Shown here piece by piece: positions 31,825-44,403 of a stretch of 64,000 nucleotides of DNA. The DNA comes from the human T2T-CHM13v2.0 reference genome, Homo sapiens: NCBI RefSeq assembly GCF_009914755.1, contig NC_060930.1; one strand, given 5' to 3'. How positions within the stretch are numbered: the stretch's first letter is position 1; the number at the start of each line of letters is the position of its first letter. The notes under the pieces were generated by a model. It was given only the letters and a program-made list of their open reading frames with translations, was not told the origin of the DNA and searched no databases. The position numbers and the translations under genes were made by a program.

Positions 31825-32489
31825 GTGAGGCAATGCCTCGCCGTGCTTCGGCTCGCAAATGGTGCGCGCACCCACTGACCTGCGCCCACTGTCTGGCACT
31901 CCCTAGTGAGATGAACCCGGTACCTCAGATGGAAATGCAGAAATCACCCGTCTTCTGTGTTGCTCACGCTGGGAGCTGTAGACCAGAGCTGTTCCTATTC
32001 GGCCATCTTGGCTCCACCCCACGAAATCATTTTATTTTCAACAACATGGATGGAACTGGAGGTCATTATGTTAAGTGAAATAAGCCAGGTACAGAAAGAC
32101 AAATATCACAAGTTCTCACTCATGTGTAGGAGCTTAAAAAGTTGATCAATGGAGATAGAGAAAAGAATGAGGGATACCAGAGGCTGAGAAGGGCCTGTGG
32201 ATGGTGAGGGAGTGGGTAAAGAGGGCTGGTTAATGGGTACAAAAATATAGTTACATTGAAATAAGCTATAATGTTTGATAGCAGACTATAGTTAATAACA
32301 ATATTTTGTACATTCAAAATAGCTAGAAGAGAGGACTTGAAATGTTATCAGCACATAGAAATGATAAGGTGATAGATACCCTAAACATCCTGACTACATC
32401 ATTACACATTTTATGCATGTAGCAAATTATCACATGTACCCCACAAATATGTACAAATATCATGTATCAGTAAAAAACGTGGGAGATAT

Positions 32490-33400
32490 AGTTGATTGTA
32501 TTCAAACTGATTACTCTGACATGTATGGAGAATGATTTTGAGACAGGCAAAATTTGATCTTGGGAGACCAATTAAGAGGCTACTACAATGGTCCAGGTAG
32601 GATGTAATAGTAGGTTGAACTAAATTAGTTGCAGGGGAAGAGAGAGAAGTAAATTATGTAAGATTTATTGAAATACTCATTGTAGAATTAGAGAAAGTGA
32701 CTCCTTTGGTTCCTTTGTTGATTCATTAAACCATTAAAAAATTATGGGGGAAATGATTATTTTGGTTTTAAGAAAACTGAACTTAAAATTGGCTTTGAGT
32801 CATCTAAGTTGAGAAATCTGGTAGGTAGTTGAATACACAGGTCTGGAGCTGGAGATAATTTGGGAATCATCAGATGTATTATAACATGAGCAAGATAAAA
32901 TCCCAGGCAGATCTATACATGGCTAATATATCTATAGAGTACAAAGAGAAGAGGGACTAAGCCTGATACTTGAAAATATCAATATTTAATGGCCAACTTA
33001 GGGAGAGTGAGCCAGTAGAGGAGCTAGATAAGGAAGAGCCAGAGACTTTTGAAGAAAAACTAAGTGAGGGGCATCATGGGAGCAAAGGAAGGAGAATGTT
33101 TCAAAGGGAAGGGAGTGATCCACGGTGGTAAGTACTGTGTGTGGTCAAGTACAGAGAGGTCAAATAAGAAAAACACTGAAAATATCCAGTGGATTAGGTA
33201 CTCAGATGCCATTGGGGACCTTAGAGTGAGATACTTCAGTGATGTGATTGGGTTACAGTGGAGCAAAATTCGATTGGAGAGGTTTGAAGAGAAATGAAGT
33301 CAACAGTAAGCATGGAAAACGAAGTTTGAGTATGCAGTAGATGAGATAAGGTGGTACTAGAAAGAGAAATGAAGTAAAGATTCTTTAAAGTAGAGTTGCC
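32490..33400 (-). mobile_element. L2 fragment (continuation of the element ending at 25871)
   Basis: GGGAGACCAATTAAGAGGCTACTACAATGGTCCAGGTAGG; GGTCTGGAGCTGGAGATAATTTGGGAATCATCAG; GAGAGGTCAAATAAG. Confidence 0.8.
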
Positions 33401-33699
33401 TCCTTCAGAAAATAATGAGTCACTTTGTGATAAATGTTTTAAATGTATGATAATGTCCAAACACAGAAAAGTAAAATCTTGTGAAAGCAAAGTAAGCAAA
33501 TAGCCTATTTATGAGGTATGAGGTAGTGAATATAATTGAAGATTAAATTTTATTCAGTACTTTCTGGAAGCCAGTACAAATAAGGAAAGACTGTGGATCA
33601 AATAAGCCTCATTATTCAATATAATGCCCCCATATATCCATATAAGCCTCATTATCCAATAACAATAATCAAACTAGACAATATTAATGAATATTACAC

Positions 33700-33900
33700 A
33701 TGTAGAATCTCATTTAGTCCTCATTAGAGCTCATTAAGTAGTTATTACTGTAACTTTAATTTCCCAAATGCAGACACCTGGGCTAAATAGGGTAAGTAGC
33801 TTGGCTAAGATCACTAAGGTAATAAGTGGCAGAGAGATGCTTAGAACAAACTGGGCACTCTTGCTCAGAGCCCACACTCTCACAACCATGCTACACTGCC
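33700..33900 (-). mobile_element. MIR SINE
   Basis: GGTAAGTAGCTTGGCTAAGATCAC...TAAGTGGCAGAG...CAGAGCCCACACTCTCACAACCATGCTACACTG. Confidence 0.7.
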
Positions 33901-34309
33901 TTCATTTATACTGCTTCTTTAGGGAAGACAAAGTTCCTTCTGGCACTAAATTCCAAAAGGAATTCATCATATGGGATCTTATGTAAGGGACATTGAACAA
34001 CATGATGAAGATTGTGTGTATGCTTTGAGCAGCTACATTAGCCATTGATTTTTTTGACATCAATGAATGTCCCAGGTGGGTTGGAACTTTTAGCAGCTAC
34101 TTCCTGGTTCATGCCTGAAGAACCAGCTGATGGCAGCTGCAGCTCCCCTCTGTCCTACTAAGGGAGTTTGTATAGGTTCTGCTTCCCACCCTCAACTTTA
34201 AAGCCCTTGCTCACCTGTTTATAGGATTTTCAGCCTTGTCTCCTGTAAAATGCTTCCCCTCTGCCAAGCTTCTTAGAATTACTGGTCTATTGAGATGGTC
34301 AGAATGTCT

Positions 34310-34830
34310 CTTTTTGCTTTTATAAATTACAAAAGTAATATATGTTTGTTATATAAAATTTGGACACTTCAGACAAATTAAAAAAAATCAAAGATATTTG
34401 TAATCCTTTTACCCCTACATAACCATTGGTAGCATTAAACATTCTTACTGTATTTGTTTTCTGGATTTACATATGTTTGACAAGTGTCTTTTAATTTAGG
34501 CTCTGGACTACATTCTTGTCAATATTTACACAAATAAAATAACATTACAATGTTTTATAAGATGCTTTTTTGCTTATATATTTTGAATAATTTTCCATGT
34601 CATTAAATATTTCTCTACAATATATTTTGAAAAAGCTTAATAATATTTCATTAGAAAGGCAAACATTCTTATTTACCTAATTCTACATTGTTGGACATCT
34701 AGGTTTTCTTCTTGTTTTGGCAGTTGTAGATAATACTTTTGTGAACAAAATTATACATAACTTTCTGTGCATAGGTCTAATTTTTTTTCTTAGGAAAATT
34801 CCTAGAAAGTAGGTTGCTGTGTTAAAATTA
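34310..34830 (-). mobile_element. Old L1ME-type 3' fragment
   Basis: TTGTTGGACATCTAGGTT...GTGAACA...TTTTCTTAGGAAAATTCCTAGAAAGTAGGTTGCTG. Confidence 0.6.
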
Positions 34831-35109
34831 ATTAAAAATGGGCTTTTCTTCAGAGTACTGTGTCTTAGATTAAATATAAATGCATATAGTAAATAGCACA
34901 GTGCTTTGCACTTAATAGATGCTCAGTAAATGATGATGATTATTAGTCAAGGAAAGCAAACCAAAATTTATTATTGAGCTTATGGGGGATATTAATATCA
35001 AATGGGAATAATTTTTTAAAGTAATATCTTTACTACCTAATTTTCTTACACAATTTCTCTGTTTCTTTATTGTATTCCCATATGAAAGTAATAATGAAGA
35101 ACACTTTTT

Positions 35110-35330
35110 GGAGCTTTTTAATTTGGCAAGCACTGAACCAAGCATTTTTCTGTGCAACATGTCATTCATTTTTATGCAATAGGCAGTTATTATACCCTTT
35201 TTATAGATGAGGAAATTGAGACTGGCAGATGTTATTTATGTCCAAAGTCACATAGATTGTAACTGGCAGAGCCAGGCTTCAAAGCAGGCACTCTAATGCT
35301 AGAGTCTGCCCATTTTACCACTGCTCTGAG
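35110..35330 (-). mobile_element. MIR SINE
   Basis: TTTTATAGATGAGGAAATTGAGAC...CCAAAGTCACATAG...GGCAGAGCCAGG. Confidence 0.75.
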
Positions 35331-38095
35331 ATGAGAGAGAAGGAAAGTAATATGAATATAGGATAATAATTTGCAAATTTATTTCCTGTTAACTGAAAAA
35401 CCCAATGTTGACTTCAAAGTTAGGCAGTAACAGTTTATCTATGACATGCCAAGTAATCTTTCTGTGTTTTCTCCCCAACCCCACCTTTTAAAAAACTCAT
35501 CCCTAGCTTTCTCACATTTTTCCTCCATTACTGCTAACAAATCTATTCTTATGAATGGGTCTAATAAGTCATTTAAAATTTGCATGTGTTTGCAATTGTA
35601 TTTTAATAGGACCTAACATTTTAAATTCACTCATACAAGTCTGAATAAGGCATTTTAAACCTTAGTAAACTTGTGGGAAAGGAAATTTAAGGGGCAGAGG
35701 AGACTTTCTGAAAGGACAGTAGTTGGCAGCCATAAACACTGCCTACTCAGAACACCAGCCTTTAATCTTGGGCTCATTTCTCTCTCTCTTTCCTCACCTT
35801 CTTCCCTGACTTCTTCCCTCAGCTATTTCTTGAGAGCAATTTAGAGAACGTATCTTTAGGAAAGTAATAAAAATGAATGCATCAGTGCTTTTGGAAGGGA
35901 ATAAAGTGACTGAAAGTGATGTTTATATTCATTACTTTCTGTTCCTTCAAGCTTTTGGTTTTTAGCTTCAGACTTTTGATCCACAGGAAAGGCATTGTAC
36001 TAGGCTGGCTCAGGTGAGGAATAATGGAGACAGACAACAGCAATGGGAGCACAGGGGCGAAGCAGCTACAAGTATTAGTAATCTTCACAATGTGTGAGTC
36101 TTAACTCTGTGCTGGCACATTGTGATTCACATGTAGACTATTCTTAATGGAAGGATCGCCTTGAATTAAAGGAGAATGTTTAAGAAAATGATGGATACAC
36201 AAGATTTCTTCCCTCCTGCCAGCTGTGAAACTGATTGATCTTAAAGTTTTTGCCATGGTTATTATCTCAAGGAGAGAGAAATGCGTGTAGGAGTGGAAAT
36301 TATTCAAGGATATCATCTTTCTTGATTTTCTCATTTCCTTCTCAAGTGGGTGGAAGATAATTTTGTGAGGTTCAAAGATATGCGAGTGAATCCTTGGTAA
36401 TGTCAAAAAACATCCATGGACCATCTAAACCAACTTTTGAATTCTAGTATAACCAATCATCCAATGAACCCAAGGAGCTTCACTGGACAGAGGGGTCAAG
36501 CTGACAGTTTTGAGATGTTATCAGTAAAGGTTTTCTTCAAAATTTTATAAACAAATAACTGCAGTTTACTCTGCAGTTATTAGATTAGGCTCTGCAATAA
36601 CATAAACATCATGATACATTTATGAACATATGTTAAAAATTCACTATTTCTGTGCTATATTTTGAGATCATGGATCTAACCAACTGAGCTAATTGGCCCA
36701 GGCTCATCACTGATTTTTCAGGGAAGGAAGGTGGTTGTTAAAGAGAGGCTGAATTAAATTCTTGTTTCTGTCCTTTACCCTTTACAAGGGTACCATGTTC
36801 CACTTAGAGCCCCACTTTTGTATATTAGTTTGTAGAATTGGAGAACTTAGGGGGAAGTAGACTTGCTTCCTTTTTTCACCTCCATAACAGATGAACCAAG
36901 AGGAAGTAAAGTTCTTTCAATTCCAACTGTATAGTGTTTATATTCCCATTTTGAACAACTGTGTTCACTTTTGAAGAACGTAAATCAAAAGAAGGAGTGA
37001 AGTGATTGGCATCTCTAAAATGTGAATAGTAAAGCTTGCTCTTATTGCTTTACAAGTGATCTTCCAGGTGTAAAGTCTACCTCCTCCATTCACTCCCACC
37101 CTCTGAAACCTGTAATTACAGTTGCCCTAAAGAAGCACTCCATTCTTAATCTCATTATCACAGTGGGGCTGGGACTGATGTTCGGTTTATACAAAATAGT
37201 GAGGTCTAATATGAGCCTTAGAGTCAAGAAATCCTTTCAGTTCTCTGATATGGTTTTATTAGGCAGATTTTGGGGAATTTTTGAAAAGATATGAAATTTC
37301 AGGGAAACCAAGCTTCTAGAACAAAGTATTTGCATGCAAAAAAAGTATAGTGTAAAACAAAAGAAAATTTAAAATGGTGTAGAAATGAAGATCTTCCAAG
37401 TTCAGTAAAGCTGTTTGAACCTCCTCTACTGACACCCACACAGATCCTTGACTCTTGAGTGTATCCATCCACGTCCCAGCCTGGACACATGGAAATATGT
37501 TTGTAAATTCTTGCCAAGCAAAAGCAGGAGAAAGGAGCCATCTGGTGTGGGAGGTGCATACCGGTTAAGTGTATCAGGAAGCAGGTGGCTGAGCTGCAGG
37601 AGGTTTCCAGGCTGAGAACTAGAAAAACTGCAGACTTCATTGGTGTGATGGACACTGAGGCATCAAAACAAGAGAAAGAAGCTTACTGAACTGGGAGAAA
37701 GAATTTAAGAAGGAGAAACGGCTCCTTTTGCTTTGTTTTCACTTTGGCTAGCATTCAGTTCCATTCTGCAAGCATTTATTGAGTGCCTACCGCATATAAG
37801 ACACTGCGTCTTTTGGGAAATAAATAAGAAGAAATGTCATGGAAGAGAAGGAAGAGTAATTCTTTAGGGAAGAAACAATTCTAATGGGCATGGTACCTCA
37901 TAACTCCCTAAATACCTGTGAGACCACGGCAGGCACTGTGCAAAGTCATTTTGAAACTGTTTTTCTTCTCTTCCAGGAGGTAACAACGTAAATACAAGAC
38001 TCAAACTACATTGCAGGATTGTTTTAGAAAGATGGATATTCACTGTATTTTCAACACATATGTATTCTCTCAGGCATGAACTCTCTAACTCCCTA

Positions 38096-38117
38096 TCTCT
38101 CTCTCTCTCTCTCTCTC
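38096..38117. repeat. (TC)n microsatellite
   Basis: Directly visible TC dinucleotide run. Confidence 0.85.
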
Positions 38118-39529
38118 ACATCCCTCCTTCTCAAATATAATTTATTTTAACCTTTTAAAATTTTGTTGCTGAAGGCCTGTGAAAGATAAGGTTACAACAA
38201 CAGCACAGGATAAATATAGAAAATTTGTAAATTTATATTTTTCTATAACTATAGAAAAAATTAATTGGAATGGGAAATCCCTTTATTTAATGAATGAAGA
38301 AATCAAAGTTCAGAGAAATTAAATGACTTCCCCAAGGTCATACAACTCAGTAGAGGTAAAATTGGGGTAAATTATTTCACATGCTCTTTAGAGGTTATAA
38401 AATGACAATATATTGCCTCTTGAATATGAGAAAACAAACTACATTTTATTGGAACATGTGGGTGAGCTCCATCTCACTAAGGCTCGACCTATTCCATTCT
38501 TGCCAGCATTGTTGCCCTTCTGCTATACATACGCTTTTCATAAATTAATCATTATTTTTGAAAATATGTGTGACTTTTATTCAATAGTTATTCAGTGAAG
38601 CTTTAGCTTGTTTTTTGTTTGTTGTTTCACATTCTGCTATTAGATTACTTTTTTGATTATTTTCTAAATTAGCTATTTACTTACAGCTAAGCTTTCTTAA
38701 AGTACATTTTGGCTGAGCCTGTAACATTAGGATTATTACAGGTTAGTGTGAAAATACCTTGTGATAGATTATCTTTGCACAATATTCTCCCAAAATATAG
38801 CATCATGCCTTAGCTGCAAATCACTTAATTCCTAGGCTATCTCACACAATGAGTTATCCTCAGCTCTTGGGAAGTGCTACTTTAAAGAAAATCAGAAAGA
38901 AACAGTATTCTTGACTATGTTTCTCAGGAAAGAATCTCCTCTATTCAAATCTATATTTTTTTAGTATAGAAGCTTCAAATTTTTTAAAATGATTTATGTA
39001 TGGTGAGCTGGGGGGAGATACTAGAGGACATATGTTTTTATGCGATGGAGAAAATGTTTATACTTGGTTTTGAAGATGATTGTAAAATATGTTTTTTCTT
39101 CTTACAATAGTAGAGTTTTATTAGCAAAATGTGACAGAAACCCTAAGGAGATGTAATCAATGTTTCAAGAAATATTTAATTAATTATAACTTAGAAAAGA
39201 TCTGCTCTTGCTTTGTATTTTATTTATAACTTGTTATTACAAAGACACATTAGAAGAAACACTCTTTTCTGGCAAAACACTGGGTAACTATAATGATATG
39301 AAGACACTGTCTTCCTGATATGATATATTAATAAAGGGCATGTAGTGCCCCGGTGAAAATAATGAAGTTTGTTTCGGTTGCCTAACCCTTCCTGTTCTTT
39401 TGCTCTGTTCATTACAACTTTGCTTTGGGTCTACCAACCAAAGGATAGAATTCTTTATACATAGGTACTTTTATACTAGAGTTAAGGTTTTACAAACAAT
39501 TCTGTGAAATATTCTCTCTGCTCCTCTAA

Positions 39530-39780
39530 TGGCTAACATTCATTGAATGCTTGTTATAGTCAAGGCACTGTGCTAAGTGCCTTATAGCATAATATCATTT
39601 ATAATCCTCCCAACCACCTAGAAGACACTACTTTTATTATCTCCATTTTACAGATGAGAAACCTGACGCTCAGAGAGATGAAGTTAATTGCCAAGGTTAC
39701 CCAACCAGTAAGTGGGAAAATTGAAAGTTGAGTCCAGATCCATCATACTCAGAGGTTATGTTATCTGTCCCTGTGCTCTG
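39530..39780 (-). mobile_element. MIR SINE, near full length
   Basis: AGGCACTGTGCTAAGTGC...ATCTCCATTTTACAGATGAGAAACCTGACGCTCAGAGAG...GCCAAGGTTAC. Confidence 0.85.
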
Positions 39781-39974
39781 GTGCTGCAGCAGAGATTCAG
39801 ACTCTTTATGTTAGCTCCCTGAGTAGTAAATTGGGAACCAGCAATGCTCTTCATGATTGGTCTCCATTGTCAATGGGGCACATAAAAATGGATGTTAAGT
39901 AGCAGAAGGAAGATAAAATTTCACACAAGCACAGAAGAGACATTTAGCTCATCAAGTGGCTTGACTAAAGGTGG

Positions 39975-40062
39975 TAAGCAGACCAGCAACGTTAGCATCC
40001 CCTGGGGGCTTGTTAGAAATGCAGGCTCTTTGCCCTATCCCTGGGTTCATCAATCAGAATCT
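39975..40062. mobile_element. MER5-like (hAT-Charlie) fragment
   Basis: AGCATCCCCTGGGGGCTTGTTAGAAATGCAG...AATCAGAATCT. Confidence 0.65.
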
Positions 40063-40409
40063 AGCTTGATAGTTTACACATACATGAACCAAAGAGCCAC
40101 AGATGTCTCAACCAGTGTCTTTTAGGACTGTGGAGAGCCTGAAATCTTCAATGAGAGAAGTTCAGGTTTGATGTTTTTTTCTTTCACTGTGAGCTTTCGC
40201 TAAATCTAAGACTCCAATAGTTCATTTGATATATAAATTTTGCTGCTTAAAAAAAGCTGAAAACCATGGACCTATATCTGATCATGAAGTTTATCCATGA
40301 GGAAGGTGAAGTTCAATGAATGATTTGCCCAAAGCATATTATTGACATATCTAAAACTAGAACCTAGACCTCAGCTTTCTTGCTTTTTGATTAAAAACAC
40401 TTGAGCACC

Positions 40410-40545
40410 ATGTTATATAACAATGGGGAAATGAGTTTAGAATCAGGAGACCAAAGTTCTAATCCTGGATCTGTTTAGAATCAGCTGGGTCACCCAAAAT
40501 AAACAATTTAATTTGTCTGTGATTAAGTTTCTGTGGGTATAGAAA
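40410..40545 (+). mobile_element. MIR SINE fragment
   Basis: GAATCAGGAGACCAAAGTTCTAATCCTGGATCTG. Confidence 0.5.
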
Positions 40546-40625
40546 TTAGAGTGGTGGTATGTATAATCTTTGTTTTTTTTTTCTAACTTTTATATTTGGC
40601 GATGTATATGTTGTTACCCAATTCT

Positions 40626-40846
40626 TATTTTATTTTATTTTATTTTTTTTTGAGACAGGGTCTTGCTTTGTCACTTGGGCTGGTGTACAGTGGCACAATC
40701 CTGGCTCACTGCAGCCTTGAACTTCTGGGCTCCAGTGATCCTCCCACCTCAGCCTCCCATGTAACAGGGACTACAGGTGTGTGCCACCATGCTCAGTTAA
40801 TTAAAAAAAAATGCGTAGAGATGAGGTCTCACTATGTTGCCCAGCC
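40626..40846 (-). mobile_element. 5'-truncated AluJ
   Basis: GAGACAGGGTCTTGC...CTGCAGCCTTGAAC...GATCCTCCCACCTCAGCC...GGTCTCACTATGTTGCCCAG. Stops in the left arm. Confidence 0.9.
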
Positions 40847-41293
40847 CTAAAATATCTTATTTTTAAAATAAGATTAAAACTAATATAAAAATAATGACAT
40901 GGTAACAATAAGCTAATTATAGCAGAAGGGTCTAATGAAAAATTAAAGATATCCTCTTTCCTGTTTCTACCACTGGCCTGTGCCTCATAAGCAAGCATTA
41001 ATGGTTTCTGGTTTTCACTTCTCGTGATTACCGTTCAAATAGTATCTTGTCACTCAATTTCTAGGTTTACTACTAGATAATATGGATGTCCTTTATAAAA
41101 GATGTAAAATTGATTCCATTTATACTACCAGCAAATCCTTCTCATTTTTTAAGTTATGTCTTATTTTTAGCTTTTCCAGTAGTTACCTTTATGACTTTAA
41201 GTAACACATTCTCCTTTTTTTTTTTATTCAGTCACTTTAGAATATATCTTTGGTATTTTCCAACTCTCCTACTATTTATCAACCGTGTAATAG

Positions 41294-42084
41294 TGATAAC
41301 GGAAGGGGGCAGAGAAGTGCTGAGAAGAGAATTCTTGGGCAGGTCCCTGGCTAGGGCTCCACCCCCAGGTTTGTGCTCACGGGCCTGGGTGAGGACATGC
41401 ACGCCTATTTTCGTGCCCAAATGTTGCATTTCCCAAGACCACCCTAGCCTGTGATGCCCCCATCCTGTGCTTATAAAAACCCCGAAACCCTAGCAGGCAA
41501 ACACACAAGTGGCTGGATGTTGAGAGAAACACATCGGCGGAGGAACACGCAAGGGGCTGGCTGTCGAGAGGACATCGGGAGCACACCGACAGACGCTGGC
41601 ACTGGTGGAACGAGGCGGAGTTTGGCCAGGGCAGTTGGAGGAGAGCCGGGGCTACCCAGTGGCCTAACTCCAGGGGAAAACCATCTCCCTTCTGGCATCC
41701 CCATCTGCTGAGATCTACTTCCACTCAATAAAACCTTGCACTCATTCTCCAAGCCCACATGTGATCCGATTCTTTTGGTACACCAAGGCAAGAACCCCGG
41801 GATACAGGAAGCCCTCCTCCTTGGGATAAGGCAGGGGTCTAATTGAGCTGACTAATACAAGCTGCCTATGGATGGCTAAACTAAAAGAGCATCCTGTAAC
41901 ACACACCCATTGGGGCTTCAGTTGTAAACATTCACCCCTAGACACTGTCTCACAGTGGTTCAGAGCCCCACAGTCTGCCTGTCCGTATGCTGCCCTAGAG
42001 GTAGGAGCAGCAGGGTACTGAAGAAGCGAGCCACACCCCCATTGCATGCCCTGTGAGGGGGACAAGGGAAATTTTCCCGTTTTA
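41294..42084 (+). mobile_element. LTR1-family (LTR1B-like, ERV1) solo LTR
   Basis: TGATA...GGTCCCTGGCTAGGGCTCCACCCCC...CCCAAATGTTGCATTTCCCAAGACCACCC. TATAAAA at 41472-41478, AATAAA at 41727-41732, 4-bp TSD ATAG at 41290-41293 and 42085-42088. Confidence 0.88.
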
Positions 42085-42184
42085 ATAGCTGTTATTAACT
42101 CTGTACATTGTAGGTTTATTCTAAAAATTGAAAAGCTAAAAATATCATTTATAGTCATATGATGGTATAAATATTGTTCATATA

Positions 42185-42671
42185 TGTGACAGACACTAGG
42201 GTGGCCCCCATGTTTATGCTGTCTCCTTGAGTATGAGTGGGACCTTCGATTTCCTTATAACGAATAGAATATGGCAAAGGTGATGGGATGTTACTCCCGT
42301 GATAACATTATAGGGGTGTGTATGTGTGTGAGCATGCACACACATGTGTGTGCATGCATACTTGTGTGTGTGCACGCATGCTGTGTGGGCCCTGTCTGAC
42401 AGCCACCAAGAAAATAGAAACCTCAGTCTTACATCCACAAGAAGATGAATTCTGACAACAAACTGAATGAGCTTGGAAAGTGATTCTTCCCCAGTCCAGC
42501 CTCTAGATGAGAATGTGGCTTAGCTAACACCTGGATTGCAGCCTTGTAAGACTCTAAGCAGAGGACCAAGCTAAGCTGTGCCCAAACTCCTGGTCCACAA
42601 AACCTGAAATAATAAATGCATGTGGTTTTAAGATGTCATGACTTGCTATATAGTAATATAAAACTAATACA
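42185..42671 (+). mobile_element. MLT1E-like solo LTR
   Basis: TG...CA ends with a perfect 5-bp TSD ATATA. AATAGAATATGGCAAAGGTGATGGGATG; TGAATGAGCTTGGAA; AGCAGAGGACCAAGCTAAGCTGTGCCC. Confidence 0.88.
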
Positions 42672-43018
42672 ATATAGATCTAAATAAAATTGTTTTATCC
42701 ATAGAGAAGAAAATATAATTTTATGTCACTAAATTGGTGTCAACAGAGAAGGATCTTTCAAACATTAAGGTGTTTCCTTCTTAGTTAATTACTTTATTTA
42801 CTTTTAGTAGGACCTCAGATGCAGTGGGTTGAGTTAATCAAACAGCTCAGTTTTTGACAGATTATTGTTCTTAGTCTGTACATAATCTTCCTCTTATTTA
42901 TTTATTGCTTTCTTCCTCTCTTTTCACTCCCAGTCTCTCCCTACATTGGGTAACCATTGCATTGTGTTCAATGTGCAGCCATTTGTTTACATGTGTTCAA
43001 TATACATTCACCCAAAAC

Positions 43019-43412
43019 TTCTGTTTTCTCCCATTCTGTGGGCTGTCTCTACACTTTGTTAATTGTATCTTTTGCTGTGCAGAAGCCTTTTTAACACATA
43101 GAGAGTAGAAGAATGGTTATCAGAGGCTGAGAAGGGTAGTGAGGGACTGGGAGGAAGGTGGGGATGGTTAATAGGTACAAATAACTAGAAAAAATCATGA
43201 CCTACTATGTGATAGCAAAATAGGGTGACTATAATACTTGTACATTTTAAAATAAAGAGTATATTTGGATTGTTGCAACTCAATAGATAAATGCTTGAGG
43301 GGATGGGTACCCCATTCTTCATAATGTGCCTATTTCACATTGCATGCCTGTATCAAAACATCTCATGTACCCCAAAACATATACACCTACTATGTACTCA
43401 CAAAATTAAAAG
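43019..43412 (+). mobile_element. 5'-inverted, truncated L1MA1/2-like element
   Basis: Antisense ORF2 piece at 43019-43095 joined to a sense 3'UTR (GATAAATGCTTGAGGGGATGG...CATTGCATGCCTGTATCAAAACATCTCATGTACCCC). 20-bp TSD at 42999-43018 and 43413-43432 with 1 mismatch. Confidence 0.9.
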
Positions 43413-44403
43413 AATATACATTCACCCCAAACAATTTTTTATATTTTATAGCTTCATAATGCATTGAGTTATATATCTCATTTTCTCTTACTTTTTTTCT
43501 TGCAGCACTGTGTATTTAAGTTCCACCATATTGTTATGTGTGCATCAAGTCCCAGATTTCAAAAATCCATATAGTAGTACTCCATGATAAGCATTTAATT
43601 TACTGTCTTACAAAGGGACATCCAGAGCTTCTTCAAATTCCTAACCTTATAAAAATGGTATTTATTAGATTTTATTCTTCCACAAAAATAATTATTGATT
43701 GAATATTGAACTGGAATTTTGATTTAAATTATGATGAATTTAGAGATTAATATGGGAAAACCAGTATTTTTATACTATTAGGATGTGCCTTCTAAAGCAT
43801 GGAAATACTCTTCATTTATTTATATAATCTTTTATTTATCAGAATTTTCAAGTGTTCCTCATGCAAGGCTTATATATTTTGTGTGTGAGAATACCCAGAT
43901 TATCTTCCCTCCTTTTGTCCCTCCCTCCCTTCCTTCCTCTATCCTTCATTTTTTCCCTTCTTTCATGTAGTCTCTCAGTTTTTGTTTGTCTGGGAAAAGC
44001 TTTCTCTCTCCTTCATATTTGAACAGATCAGTATCTTTTCAAATTATTATTATTGAACCTACTATTGTTGTTGTGCAGTCTATGACTTCCTTTAGCTTTA
44101 TTAATGTTTGCCTTATATACTTGGGAGCTGCAGTGTTGGGTGCATAGATATCCTAAAATTTTCATAACTTCTTGCTGTATTGATCCGTTTATTATTATAT
44201 AGTGACCTTCTTTGTCTCTTTTACAACCATAGATTTGTAGTCTATTTAATCTTATATAAATATGGTTCTTCCTTCTCCTTTTTGGTTTCCAATTGAATAA
44301 ATTATCTTTTTTCAACTCTTGCCTTTCAGTTTATGTGTATGTTTATAGGAGAAGTGGTTTTCTTGAAGGCAGCATATAGTTGGGTCTTGTTTTTTATCCA
44401 TTC

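Noticed and set aside
35960-36020. Possible 27-nt exon CACAG|GAAAGG...CTCAG|GTGAGG
   Set aside because: The peptide ERHCTRLAQ is unrecognised and there are no partner exons. It cannot be supported without RNA data.
37950-37985. Strong acceptor-like TTTTTCTTCTCTTCCAG followed by GAG|GTAACA (possible 3-nt microexon)
   Set aside because: No host gene or transcript evidence is visible, and isolated splice-like motifs are frequent in 64 kb.
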